This document shows, piece after piece, positions 43,158-52,067 of a stretch of DNA of 64,000 bases (position 1 is the first letter of the stretch; every line of letters starts with the position of its first letter). A model generated the notes under the pieces. That model made no database searches. It saw nothing but the letters and a program-made list of their open reading frames with translations, and was not told where the DNA came from. The DNA is from a virus (taxonomy: Duplodnaviria > Heunggongvirae > Uroviricota > Caudoviricetes): IMG/VR virus record IMGVR_UViG_3300045988_150638; one strand, 5' to 3'. Both the position numbers and the translations under genes were made by a program.

Positions 43158-43166
43158 GGGAATACA

Positions 43167-43982
43167 ATGAGCAAAAACTTTTTTCAATCCGGGGCATTTT
43201 TGGGGAATGGACTGTCCCGTTTCGCTTTGAACTCTGATCCTGTGCAGCTGATGGAGTCTGCCCGAGCAAGCGCCGAACCGCCAACAGATCCGGTTATTAA
43301 TAATAATCCGGAACCGGCGGCACAGACTAACGATAACGTTCCATCTGCCCCGGCTCCAGAGCAAATCCTGGAAGGGAAAGACGGTAAAGAATGGACCGTC
43401 GAACAGGCGCACCAGATGATTCTGGAAGCTGCAAATCGAAGTGCTATGCAGAATGCGTTGAGTGATGCGGCCGACGCCGTTTTCTCCTGGGCTGATAGCG
43501 GTGATCTGACTTTCGACTCCCTTGATGGTTTCGTTCAGGCTATCGCTGGTATCTCTGATGACGACGACTCCGAAGTTACAGAAGAACAGGACGATGCCTA
43601 TAACGAAGCATGGGCAAATGTTGCTGACTTCCTCGCAGCATGCGGTGTAGATGATGACCTGATCGAAGCACTGGCTGACGATGAAGACGACGACGCAGCT
43701 GCTGATGTTGGTGCCTCTATCGCTGGTTTAGATAGCGACGACCGCGACGAACTGGAAGCGGCGTTTGTTGTTGCTGGCACTTCTGATGAAATGCTGACTG
43801 AAGCATTTAAGAAGGTTGTTCGTAACGGTGAGATCAAACTCATCCGTAAACGCCTGCGTAAAAAACGTCTGACTGCGGCTCAAAAATCGGCGCTGAAAAA
43901 AGCGCGTCGAAAAGCCCAGACCGGCGCGGCAAAACTTGCCCGCAAAAAGTCAATGAAACTGCGCCGTAAGCGCCTTGGCTAA
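43167..43982 (+). CDS. hypothetical acidic protein with polybasic C-terminal tail
   Basis: 271 aa; Asp/Glu-rich body, then RKRLRKKRL...KKARRKAQ; between sheath and a tail-tube-position gene. Confidence 0.45.
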   Translation: MSKNFFQSGAFLGNGLSRFALNSDPVQLMESARASAEPPTDPVINNNPEPAAQTNDNVPSAPAPEQILEGKDGKEWTVEQAHQMILEAANRSAMQNALSDAADAVFSWADSGDLTFDSLDGFVQAIAGISDDDDSEVTEEQDDAYNEAWANVADFLAACGVDDDLIEALADDEDDDAAADVGASIAGLDSDDRDELEAAFVVAGTSDEMLTEAFKKVVRNGEIKLIRKRLRKKRLTAAQKSALKKARRKAQTGAAKLARKKSMKLRRKRLG

Positions 43983-44017
43983 AGGAGGAGGCCGGAGAAC
44001 TCCGGCCTTTAACTTGA

Positions 44018-44599
44018 ATGGCACCTATTCCTTATGGGGTTTACAGCCAGGCTGACGGTGTATCGCCATTTCTGAAAGTTACTTTAACGAACTCTCAGTA
44101 CCAGGTTACCGGATATATCAGCCAGGGGGCGGCAATGAACATGGCCCAGAATTGGGAAGCGCCGTTTACCGGTATGTCCATGGGATCTGTTGCTGGTGCC
44201 TTCAGTGGTTTTGCGCAGGTTGGTACTGAAACAACGTCGGTTGCCCGTTGGAACAGCTTAATGGTTTGGGAAGGGGGAACACCGCCGACTTTCACGCTGC
44301 CAGTAACTTTCATCGCTTTGTTTGACCCATTCACGGAGGTTTCAGGAGCTATCGCCGCATTGTCAGCGATGATTAGCCCGGAACTTAAAGATGCCAGTAT
44401 TGGTGGTCGAATCCCGGAGCGCGTGACGCTAAACATTGGTCGCCGGATCAACATCATTGATGTCGCTATCCAGGACATAAGTTTCGATCTCGATGCGCCC
44501 AGGGACAGCAATGGGCATTTCCTGAAAAACACCGTCAACCTCCAGTTGACCGGTTCTTCGATATATAACAGCTCCGATATTGTTCGGGCGTTCCAGTAA
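44018..44599 (+). CDS. putative tail structural protein (tail-tube position downstream of sheath)
   Basis: 193-aa ORF; position and size only. Confidence 0.35.
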   Translation: MAPIPYGVYSQADGVSPFLKVTLTNSQYQVTGYISQGAAMNMAQNWEAPFTGMSMGSVAGAFSGFAQVGTETTSVARWNSLMVWEGGTPPTFTLPVTFIALFDPFTEVSGAIAALSAMISPELKDASIGGRIPERVTLNIGRRINIIDVAIQDISFDLDAPRDSNGHFLKNTVNLQLTGSSIYNSSDIVRAFQ

Positions 44600-44610
44600 A
44601 AGGATTTTAT

Positions 44611-45120
44611 ATGGGGCACAATAACACTAAGGGAAACCGTAAATTTATTAAGGGCCGCTATACTGCCAACGCGGCCAAAGGCGAACGACTGGTATCTTCT
44701 GAATTCCAGCTCACTTTTGCAGGCCATGAAGATATCAGCGTACTGGTTCGCACGTCGCAAATTCCTGAAATGACCCGCGAGGATGTGGAGGACTATGGTC
44801 CGAATGGTGTGAAGTTCAACCAGCACGGACCAATTCGAAACTCTGGGGAAATCCAGGTCCAGTGCGTGGAGACTATCGAAGGCGATATTCTTCAGTTCAT
44901 CAAGGATCGCATTGCGGCGAAGGACTATGTTGATATCACGATGGCTGCTACCCCTGAATCCAAATCTTCCGGGGTTAACGCTGTGACAAAAGCTGCTACA
45001 ACAATTGAAATGTTGGACTGCAAAATCTACAGTGATGCAATCGACTTTAGTACCGAAGATGTGACTGCCGCTGTGCGCCCGTCACTTCGTATCGTCTACA
45101 ACTGGATTGAGTGGGATTAA
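44611..45120 (+). CDS. putative tail structural/morphogenetic protein
   Basis: 169-aa ORF, last gene before the terminator. Confidence 0.35.
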   Translation: MGHNNTKGNRKFIKGRYTANAAKGERLVSSEFQLTFAGHEDISVLVRTSQIPEMTREDVEDYGPNGVKFNQHGPIRNSGEIQVQCVETIEGDILQFIKDRIAAKDYVDITMAATPESKSSGVNAVTKAATTIEMLDCKIYSDAIDFSTEDVTAAVRPSLRIVYNWIEWD

Positions 45121-45139
45121 GAGTCATCCCTTGTATTTT

Positions 45140-45165
45140 AAAGCTCCTTCGGGAGCTTTTTTATT
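45140..45165. terminator. rho-independent terminator hairpin (aaagctcc-ttcg-ggagcttt + T-run), shared 3' end for the tail operon and the convergent hok transcript
   Basis: Perfect 8-bp stem with tetraloop followed by TTTTTTATTT on the plus strand. Confidence 0.6.
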
Positions 45166-45236
45166 TGGAGAGGAAAGGGTGCATTGAGGATACCTGACAC
45201 ACGAAGAGTGGCGAGGATCTCTCCCCGCCAGGTCTC

Positions 45237-45392
45237 TTACCTTTCAGATTCGTAGGCTGTGAAGACAGTGACCTCCGTCTGGCCGGTTCGGATTCGTACC
45301 TCGCAGAGGTCTTTCCTCGTTACCAGTGCCGTCACAATGACGGTTAAACAGATGACGATCAGAGCGATTAACATCGCTTTTTGCTGCTTCAT
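45237..45392 (-). CDS. hok: Hok/Gef-family type I toxin (51 aa)
   Basis: MKQQKAMLIALIVICLTVIVTALVTRKDLCEVRIRTGQTEVTVFTAYESER; AAGGAG RBS 9 nt upstream; Hok signature TRK-LCE...EV..F.AYE; not in ORF track (<60 aa). Confidence 0.75.
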   Translation of the reverse strand: MKQQKAMLIALIVICLTVIVTALVTRKDLCEVRIRTGQTEVTVFTAYESER

Positions 45393-45450
45393 AGCCTGCT
45401 TCTCCTTGACCTTTTGGTCGGTAAGAGGCTAATCTACGTATGCTAAGCAT
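45244..45450 (-). CDS. mok: mok-like overlapping reading frame
   Basis: 68-codon frame starting 58 nt upstream of hok and overlapping it out of frame, as mok does in hok/sok loci. Confidence 0.4.
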   Translation of the reverse strand: MLSIRRLASYRPKGQGEAGYEAAKSDVNRSDRHLFNRHCDGTGNEERPLRGTNPNRPDGGHCLHSLRI

Positions 45451-45573
45451 AGATATGGCCTCAGATTAATGTTAAGCGTCTTGCAGGACGCGTAATGTTA
45501 TCTGGGGCTTTCTTCTATCTGCTTTTCGGGTAATGCCTGAAGCAGATAGCCTCAAGCACCCGCAACGATTGTA

Positions 45574-45819
45574 TCAATGTCTGGCTTTTTTTCTATAGAA
45601 ATCACCTGGAAGGGTGAATATCCACATCAGAAGAAATGTTGCAGCAAACATGATCCCTAATGGCCAGACCGCGCCAAAGAAAATCCATACTAAGATCTCC
45701 TCTGCTCGTTCTTTGCGGTCGATATCGACAAGCATTTTTCGGCTGATCATGTATACACAGAAGCCAATACAAACATATCCTGCAAAAGCGATCGCTAACT
45801 GTAAAAAATCAGATTGCAT
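45574..45819 (-). CDS. hypothetical membrane protein (2 TM helices) downstream of repL
   Basis: Start taken at internal Met MQSDFLQ; hydrophobic segments LAIAFAGYVCIGFCVYMI and ILVWIFFGAVWPLGIMFAATFLLMWIF. Confidence 0.4.
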   Translation of the reverse strand: MQSDFLQLAIAFAGYVCIGFCVYMISRKMLVDIDRKERAEEILVWIFFGAVWPLGIMFAATFLLMWIFTLPGDFYRKKARH

Positions 45820-45869
45820 CTCCGACCTCAAACTGAAAACGCCAGGTGACTCCAGATTAGAGCAATCTA

Positions 45870-46715
45870 TCACCCTCTGAATCCTGCCGGTATACCCCAT
45901 TGTTCGTTATCTTTATTTTTGGCTAAAACCGCATTAAGAGCTTCGTTTACCGTCATGCAATGCGGCAGATTATCGAAGTTTGATACCCCGCCAATATCAG
46001 GAGAACGCTTGTTCTTCAGGTAAGCATATTTCCGCGCTGCCGCCTCTACTTTCTGCTTGAACTCATGTTTTTGAGCGCGTTTTTTGGATAAACGCAGATT
46101 GTCGGCCTTTGCTTTTGCCCCAGCGATCCATGAAGTCAATTTTTTGAGTTTGGTCGTTCCGGCAGCGCCGGAAACTGATCTTTTTGTTTTTTTAACTTGT
46201 GACTTCTTATTCTTTATTGCCACGTCATCCTGACAGGGGGAGGGGGTATCATTTTGACATGGGGGTGTGGATAAAAAATTAAATAAAGCCAATGTCTTAG
46301 CGAGAACAGCTTTAACCTTGGTTGCCGCTGAAGAGATCTTTAATTTGCTTTCAATCAGCGCATTTTTGGCTTGTTGTGCGAAGGCCAAAAAGGATGGTGT
46401 AAACCGGTACAGGTTAGCGCGACGTTCACGGTGATCGCCGATAACAATCTCTACAGACAGAATTCCTTTGTTTACAGCTTCACGGAATGCACGAACGACG
46501 GTTGATTGGCTATAACCAGTTTCTGCCGCGATCAGGCGGTGAGGCTTGTGAATGAAGTATTCACTGGTTGTTGCCGCTAGATTTGCACATTGCGACAGGA
46601 TATGCCCGGCGCTACGGGATAGACCGGAGTGTGTTACAAAGCAGGCCAATTCATAGCCAGAAAAAGTAAAATCGCTCATCGTTATACAGCTCAGGAAAGT
46701 GACTTTAGCCAGCAT
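45870..46715 (-). CDS. repL: lytic replicon initiator RepL
   Basis: 281 aa, immediately downstream of kilA in the same operon; same length and order as P1 kilA-repL. Confidence 0.7.
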   Translation of the reverse strand: MLAKVTFLSCITMSDFTFSGYELACFVTHSGLSRSAGHILSQCANLAATTSEYFIHKPHRLIAAETGYSQSTVVRAFREAVNKGILSVEIVIGDHRERRANLYRFTPSFLAFAQQAKNALIESKLKISSAATKVKAVLAKTLALFNFLSTPPCQNDTPSPCQDDVAIKNKKSQVKKTKRSVSGAAGTTKLKKLTSWIAGAKAKADNLRLSKKRAQKHEFKQKVEAAARKYAYLKNKRSPDIGGVSNFDNLPHCMTVNEALNAVLAKNKDNEQWGIPAGFRG

Positions 46716-46744
46716 TACAATGCTGGTGGTTCTTACTACGTCTG

Positions 46745-47545
46745 TTAGCGCGTTGCCGCGACAGGTACCAGCACACCAGCATCAAGCAATCGCTTCATCA
46801 GCCACTGCTGACCTTTGCCGGTTATACGAGTCGTGAAAGAAATCCTGCTTCCATTGCTTGTATCGATCACGGTTTCTTTAAGGGTGAAATACCCACGGGA
46901 TATGTATTCTTGTTTGGGGACGTTCCTGCGTTCACCGGTTGCGATCAGAATTCCGTTATCACGCAACCAGGTGAAGAGATAGTTTTGGCCCAGACCGAGC
47001 ACTTTGGCATAGTTGCCGATTAGAACCCCGCTGGCGGTAGCAACGCGTTCGGCGAATTCGACTTTAGGTGCATCCATAAGCATTTTTTGCTCCAGCCGTT
47101 GCTTTTGCTCTGCCAGGTCGGCAGCCAAACGGAGAGCTTCAGGGAGACTCTGCGGAATAGCAGGTTGTAATCTTCCGGCTCGATAGTCGATAAATGTCTG
47201 GTTTACCTTCAGCCGAAACGCGGGAGAAATCCAGCCTGCGTACTCCACAGCGAGCAATTCATGGGCAAAAGTGCCGCCGCCACGGCCTTCGAACGAAACT
47301 ATGCAATTCTGCATAGTTTCTTTTTCAAGCTCTTCGATGAGCTGTTTGGCTGACAGCGTTCTTAGCCATTGAGCTGGCGCTTTATGGGCACCGAGTCCGC
47401 TCGCTCTGTGTAGAGCATTAAGGTTGTAACGGCCAGCGCGGTCGGTCGTAATTTCAACACCACAAATAACAGGCAGAGTGGTTGAAGGATCGACATTTTG
47501 ATGAAGGTTTGATATATTCATATCCGCATTGAATGTTTGTTGCAT
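46745..47545 (-). CDS. kilA: KilA (KilA-N domain plus Ant-like C-terminal domain)
   Basis: 266 aa; C-terminal half is paralogous to the Ant C-terminus (PEALRLAA-LAEQK, GNYAKVLG, YFTLKE); C1-operator-like site upstream. Confidence 0.7.
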   Translation of the reverse strand: MQQTFNADMNISNLHQNVDPSTTLPVICGVEITTDRAGRYNLNALHRASGLGAHKAPAQWLRTLSAKQLIEELEKETMQNCIVSFEGRGGGTFAHELLAVEYAGWISPAFRLKVNQTFIDYRAGRLQPAIPQSLPEALRLAADLAEQKQRLEQKMLMDAPKVEFAERVATASGVLIGNYAKVLGLGQNYLFTWLRDNGILIATGERRNVPKQEYISRGYFTLKETVIDTSNGSRISFTTRITGKGQQWLMKRLLDAGVLVPVAATR

Positions 47546-47614
47546 TTTTTCTCCAAATTTGCATCAACCTTCAATCACCAGCTCGAAATGGTGATTCTTT
47601 GCACTTAGAAAACG

Positions 47615-47631
47615 AAATTTATTAGAGCAAA
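47615..47631 (-). promoter_or_regulatory. C1-operator-like site (aaatttattagagcaaa, 1 mismatch) upstream of kilA-repL
   Basis: 16/17 match, about 70 nt upstream of the kilA start. Confidence 0.55.
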
Positions 47632-47708
47632 TTTTTCTGACTCGATCCAGATCGGGTTGGTCGATCTGCTCAGAAACCTGCCAGTTTGCTGGCAGGTTTT
47701 TTCTTTTG

Positions 47709-48752
47709 TTAACCTATTGCTACTGGTTTTAACAAACCAGCATCAAGTAGCTTGCGAGTTAACCACTGCTGGCCTTTACCCGTTAATTGGGGCGTCAGCC
47801 GTATCTGGTAGCCATTTTCATCATCCAGCACCACTTCTTTCACCGTGAAATACCCGGCGTTAATGTACTGCTGGCGCGGTACGTTTTTGCGCGCACCAAA
47901 AGCCATGAGAATGCCGTTCTGGCGCAACCATGAGAAAAGGGCGTTTTGCTTAAGTCCAACGACCTTTGCAAAGTTCCCGATCAGGATTCCATTAGCCACT
48001 GATACCCGGTCGGCAAAATCGACTTTAGGGGCTGCGGCCACCAGCTGTTGTTCCAGCTGCAATTTCTGTTCTGCCAACTCGGCAGCCAGGCGTAGGGCTT
48101 CTGGTAATGTTTGGGGGATCGATGGGGTAGGGGAGTTTGCCTGCTGCAATTCTTCCAGTTTGTCGATCAGCGAACGGCGGACCGCTTTCGATTCGCGCGC
48201 GGCGACTCGCAGGGCTTGTTTGTAGGTCATGGTTATGACAACCATAGGCGTACCGCCACCTGGCGGCACGGTTGCACTTTTTGTGTAACCGTCCTCACCT
48301 TCTAATTCGTCGAGTATTTTTTCGATGAATTTGTTGTTCCGAACCTCTGGTTCCCCACATAACTTACGCGCTTCATTGACCATCTTTAACAGTGTCAGGC
48401 TGTCGATTGTGTCTCCGGTGGTGGGGATGACATTCACGGCTGGTGCTGGCGTTGCTGAAGCAACAGGTGCTGGTTTTTTAACATTCAAATTATTACTGGT
48501 CATTCTATGTGCCTCCTTTCTCATTTCTGCTGCCACCGTTGCGTAACGTAGACGTCCTTGTTCAATCAAATAATCCCTGATCTCGGCTATCAGTAGCCTG
48601 TTGATCACAGCCTTATCTGTTCGGGTATAAAAACGCCTGGTTATCATGAAATAGTTGGCAATTGCGCCGGGGATCTCCCGTGTCGGTATACAGGCAGTAT
48701 GCAGGGCGATCGCTTCGGCTATGTCATTACGGGTGACGAGAGGTTTTTTCAT
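47709..48752 (-). CDS. ant: antirepressor Ant (immI region)
   Basis: 347 aa; C-terminal Ant/KilA-C-like domain; start overlaps the icd stop. Confidence 0.7.
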   Translation of the reverse strand: MKKPLVTRNDIAEAIALHTACIPTREIPGAIANYFMITRRFYTRTDKAVINRLLIAEIRDYLIEQGRLRYATVAAEMRKEAHRMTSNNLNVKKPAPVASATPAPAVNVIPTTGDTIDSLTLLKMVNEARKLCGEPEVRNNKFIEKILDELEGEDGYTKSATVPPGGGTPMVVITMTYKQALRVAARESKAVRRSLIDKLEELQQANSPTPSIPQTLPEALRLAAELAEQKLQLEQQLVAAAPKVDFADRVSVANGILIGNFAKVVGLKQNALFSWLRQNGILMAFGARKNVPRQQYINAGYFTVKEVVLDDENGYQIRLTPQLTGKGQQWLTRKLLDAGLLKPVAIG

Positions 48753-48970
48753 AAACCCCCCTGAACGTCGGCAGAGAAGGGGAGGCTCCAGTAACTAAGT
48801 GAATTGCGCGAGTTAGTTGAAAAACGGGCAGTAAAAATGCAGGGGCCATCAGGCAATTGAGAGCGTGCTTCGTCTTCAGTTGCTGCGATAACGAAGTGAT
48901 AGTGGTGTTTTTTACAGGAATAGAAACGCCAGATGAATTCTGGGCGTGCGCAAGGATTGGCATTAACCAT
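48749..48970 (-). CDS. icd: Icd-like small protein (interference with cell division) overlapping ant
   Basis: 73-aa ORF with 4-nt overlap to ant; assignment by size and position. Confidence 0.45.
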   Translation of the reverse strand: MVNANPCARPEFIWRFYSCKKHHYHFVIAATEDEARSQLPDGPCIFTARFSTNSRNSLSYWSLPFSADVQGGL

Positions 48971-49280
48971 AGTTACGGCCTCACAATCAGGTTTAACAAC
49001 CTGCTACCCGCTGCTAAACAGGTGGCAGGACGTGACGGGGTTAGCAGACTGGCGATTGTGAAACCAGCAGGCCGAAGCCTCCCCATCACGCCCCACCATA
49101 ATTTGGGCGTAACGCGGTTTTACGGACACAAAAATACCGCAATATCGGATATCTGCGGCTGTCCGCACAATCATTCAGGCTGCTAAACCCGGTCGCAGAA
49201 TTTGCTACGACGGCGGAACTATAAGCCTGAACGATTAAAAGGTCAATATGATGCGAAAAGATAGCATTCGTGACTTAAAA
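48971..49280 (-). ncRNA. c4: interval expected to encode the C4-type antisense immunity RNA and its promoter-proximal target sites (not delimited)
   Basis: Non-coding leader between the operator at 49285 and icd, with several hairpins; inferred from P1 immI organisation only. Confidence 0.3.
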
Positions 49281-49284
49281 ATAC

Positions 49285-49301
49285 AAATTTATTAGAGCAT
49301 T
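49285..49301 (-). promoter_or_regulatory. C1-operator-like site (aaatttattagagcatt, 1 mismatch) at the immI promoter
   Basis: 16/17 match at the head of the c4-icd-ant transcription unit. Confidence 0.55.
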
Positions 49302-49397
49302 ATCTGCTTAATAAATACACAATTGGATCTAATAACCTCTTTTTTTTAAAGGCGAAAATATGTACCCTAAATGGGTTATAAGGCAGGTGAGGTTATA

Positions 49398-49529
49398 ATG
49401 AGAAAACTATTACTATCGTTATTATTTATGGCTGGGACTGTTAATGCAGCATCAAGCGTAAAGGAGATTTGTACCGATTATACGAAATACCTTTGGCAAG
49501 TTTACGCCTTTGCGATCAATGACTATTAA
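49398..49529 (+). CDS. small secreted peptide (44 aa, signal peptide)
   Basis: MRKLLLSLLFMAGTVNA|ASSVKEICTDYTKYLWQVYAFAINDY; AGGTGAGG RBS; AT-rich; not in ORF track. Confidence 0.4.
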   Translation: MRKLLLSLLFMAGTVNAASSVKEICTDYTKYLWQVYAFAINDY

Positions 49530-49550
49530 TCCATGCGTAGGAGTGGATTT

Positions 49551-49868
49551 ATGCTGATTCGTTTGTTTTTAGTGCTTTCCTTTTTAACATTTAATGTTTT
49601 TGCTGATGAAGTTGACTTTTCGAAGGTAGATTGTAATTCAGTGGAAACAAGAAAAGCTCTTATTGAAGAATATAACGAAATATTATCGTCATATGGAATA
49701 ACAGTGGTTGATTCTTATAATCAAAAAACTATTCAGAAAGGAATAAATAAACTGGTCTGTTATGGGGTTTACCAATATTCAGATGGCTCTTCGGAGTATG
49801 TTATTTATAAAGCATACCCAAATAGTCTTGGTGAATTAATTAGTGAGTTTAAACCGATTAATGAGTGA
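49551..49868 (+). CDS. secreted protein (105 aa, signal peptide, 2 Cys)
   Basis: Start at second ATG with AGGAG RBS; MLIRLFLVLSFLTFNVFA|DEVDF... Confidence 0.5.
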   Translation: MLIRLFLVLSFLTFNVFADEVDFSKVDCNSVETRKALIEEYNEILSSYGITVVDSYNQKTIQKGINKLVCYGVYQYSDGSSEYVIYKAYPNSLGELISEFKPINE

Positions 49869-49875
49869 ATGGAAA

Positions 49876-50655
49876 ATGAAATTATTTAATGTAATAACAT
49901 TTTGTTGTGCTATTTTTGCTGGAAGCGCGATAGCTGATAATAAATTGCCAGATTGGCTTTCTACCTCAAAGAAAGATTATGATTTAGTAAGGGCATTCTA
50001 TTTGTCTGGATTTGCTTCGAAAGCAATGAACAATCAATTTGGTTATCATTTGCCATCTGAGTTGGTTAATGATTTTAAAGATAATGAATTTGCTGCTCAG
50101 GAAAAATGGAACACAATTCCAATTGTGTATGGTGAAATAAAATCCATAAGAATGGTGAATAATAAACCAATTGTAGAGTTATTTACTCCAGGGGAAAATG
50201 CAACGCCACTAAATTATATCAAATTGAAAATATTGGATTCAAAGCAAGACTCTCTGTTAAAACTAAAAAAAGGGGATGATATATATGCAGTGTGCTCAGG
50301 TGCTAATTTTAGCTTAGTGCCAATTCTGAGCAACTGCACTCCTGCAACAGACGTCATTGATGCTGCACTCTCTTTTTCTGGTGAATATATGTTCCCTGCT
50401 TTTGATTCTTTTTCACCTACTAAGCAAAACGTCAAATATATATTCACAAATCAAGATCCTGTTCAGATGATGAATTTTATAGGGTACCTATCCTTAGTCG
50501 ATACAACGAAGGATAAGAAAAAAATGGATATGGTTCGTAAGTGTACGCCTTGGAAGCCGGAATGTTCACAACAATTCGTTGATGTAATGGAAGGATTTGA
50601 TAGCATCATGTATAAATATGAGGGAGAATTTAAAAATTACATAGAATTAAAATAG
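49876..50655 (+). CDS. secreted/periplasmic protein (259 aa, signal peptide), possible Sim-like superinfection-exclusion protein
   Basis: MKLFNVITFCCAIFAGSAIA|DNKL...; several Cys in the mature part; AT-rich codons; own terminator downstream. Confidence 0.5.
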   Translation: MKLFNVITFCCAIFAGSAIADNKLPDWLSTSKKDYDLVRAFYLSGFASKAMNNQFGYHLPSELVNDFKDNEFAAQEKWNTIPIVYGEIKSIRMVNNKPIVELFTPGENATPLNYIKLKILDSKQDSLLKLKKGDDIYAVCSGANFSLVPILSNCTPATDVIDAALSFSGEYMFPAFDSFSPTKQNVKYIFTNQDPVQMMNFIGYLSLVDTTKDKKKMDMVRKCTPWKPECSQQFVDVMEGFDSIMYKYEGEFKNYIELK

Positions 50656-50686
50656 TATTTGAAAGGATAGTCAATTTAAGTTTTAA

Positions 50687-50714
50687 AAAAACGCCCATTA
50701 AAGGGCGTTTTATT
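50687..50714 (+). terminator. rho-independent terminator (aaacgccc-attaa-gggcgttt + T-run)
   Basis: Stem-loop and TTTTATTGTTTT directly after the island's last gene. Confidence 0.6.
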
Positions 50715-50815
50715 GTTTTACTCAAAACAACCTGATTATGTGATAACCATATCATATCCCTCATTCCACCTACACTGATTACCCCCCAGACAACAATATT
50801 CCTACTCAATGAACA

Positions 50816-50834
50816 AATGACTACTCGTAGAATC
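50816..50834 (+). promoter_or_regulatory. candidate late promoter: AATGACT-N5-TAGAAT
   Basis: Near-identical to the 20318 element; 30 nt upstream of the 50865 start; followed by the inverted repeat cgtagaatc...gattctacg. Confidence 0.4.
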
Positions 50835-50840
50835 GGTTAA

Positions 50841-51431
<591 letters not shown>

Positions 51432-51441
51432 GGGGGCTGAT

Positions 51442-52053
51442 ATGGGGCTTAATGTTGCTTCAGTAAAGTCTTATGTATCTTCGGCATTAACGACGACATT
51501 ATTTGGCTCCGGCGTTGGTGAGCGGGAAGTTGGTAAGCTGACGTCAATCATCATGAACAAAATGCTGTTCGCGCAAGGATGGCAGTTCTCTGTCGAAGTT
51601 GATGGTCTGGAGGGGGCAGACTTCTTTGCTAAAGACATTACCTACCACGATTACAGCATCGAATATGAAACGATTAAAATCGGCGGAGGGAATATCCTTC
51701 AGCCAACGGAGCGTTCGCCTGGGCAGATAACAATGATGGTCAGGGATACCGTTGATGGCCTCGTTTTGGACTGGTTTAAGACGGCAAAAAGTCGGGTGAT
51801 CAATCCGGACGGTACCGGGAATATACCGTCTAAATATTTGCTCAATGTGCGTATTTATCGGTTGCTGTCCTCCGGTTTAACCAAACTGGAAAATGAGATG
51901 ACGGTATTCCCGGTCACTACCGGCGATGTCACCTATGCGCGGGATCAGGTTACAGAATTTAAGTCATTCCCAATGACCTTCGCATTGCACAGCACGTTTA
52001 ACCAATCCTCAAGTTCTTTAGCTTCCCTTCTGGGCTTTAGTTTTTCGCTTTAA
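51442..52053 (+). CDS. putative tail structural protein (possibly tube-like)
   Basis: 203-aa ORF with GGGGTGA-type RBS; beta-rich composition; position upstream of the tape-measure-like gene. Confidence 0.4.
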   Translation: MGLNVASVKSYVSSALTTTLFGSGVGEREVGKLTSIIMNKMLFAQGWQFSVEVDGLEGADFFAKDITYHDYSIEYETIKIGGGNILQPTERSPGQITMMVRDTVDGLVLDWFKTAKSRVINPDGTGNIPSKYLLNVRIYRLLSSGLTKLENEMTVFPVTTGDVTYARDQVTEFKSFPMTFALHSTFNQSSSSLASLLGFSFSL

Positions 52054-52067
52054 ATTAAGGAGCAAGG

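Noticed and set aside
45849-45865. Partial C1-operator match (agattagagcaat) at the repL/membrane-protein junction
   Set aside because: Only the right half-site matches (about 11/17); retained as a note but not called a feature.
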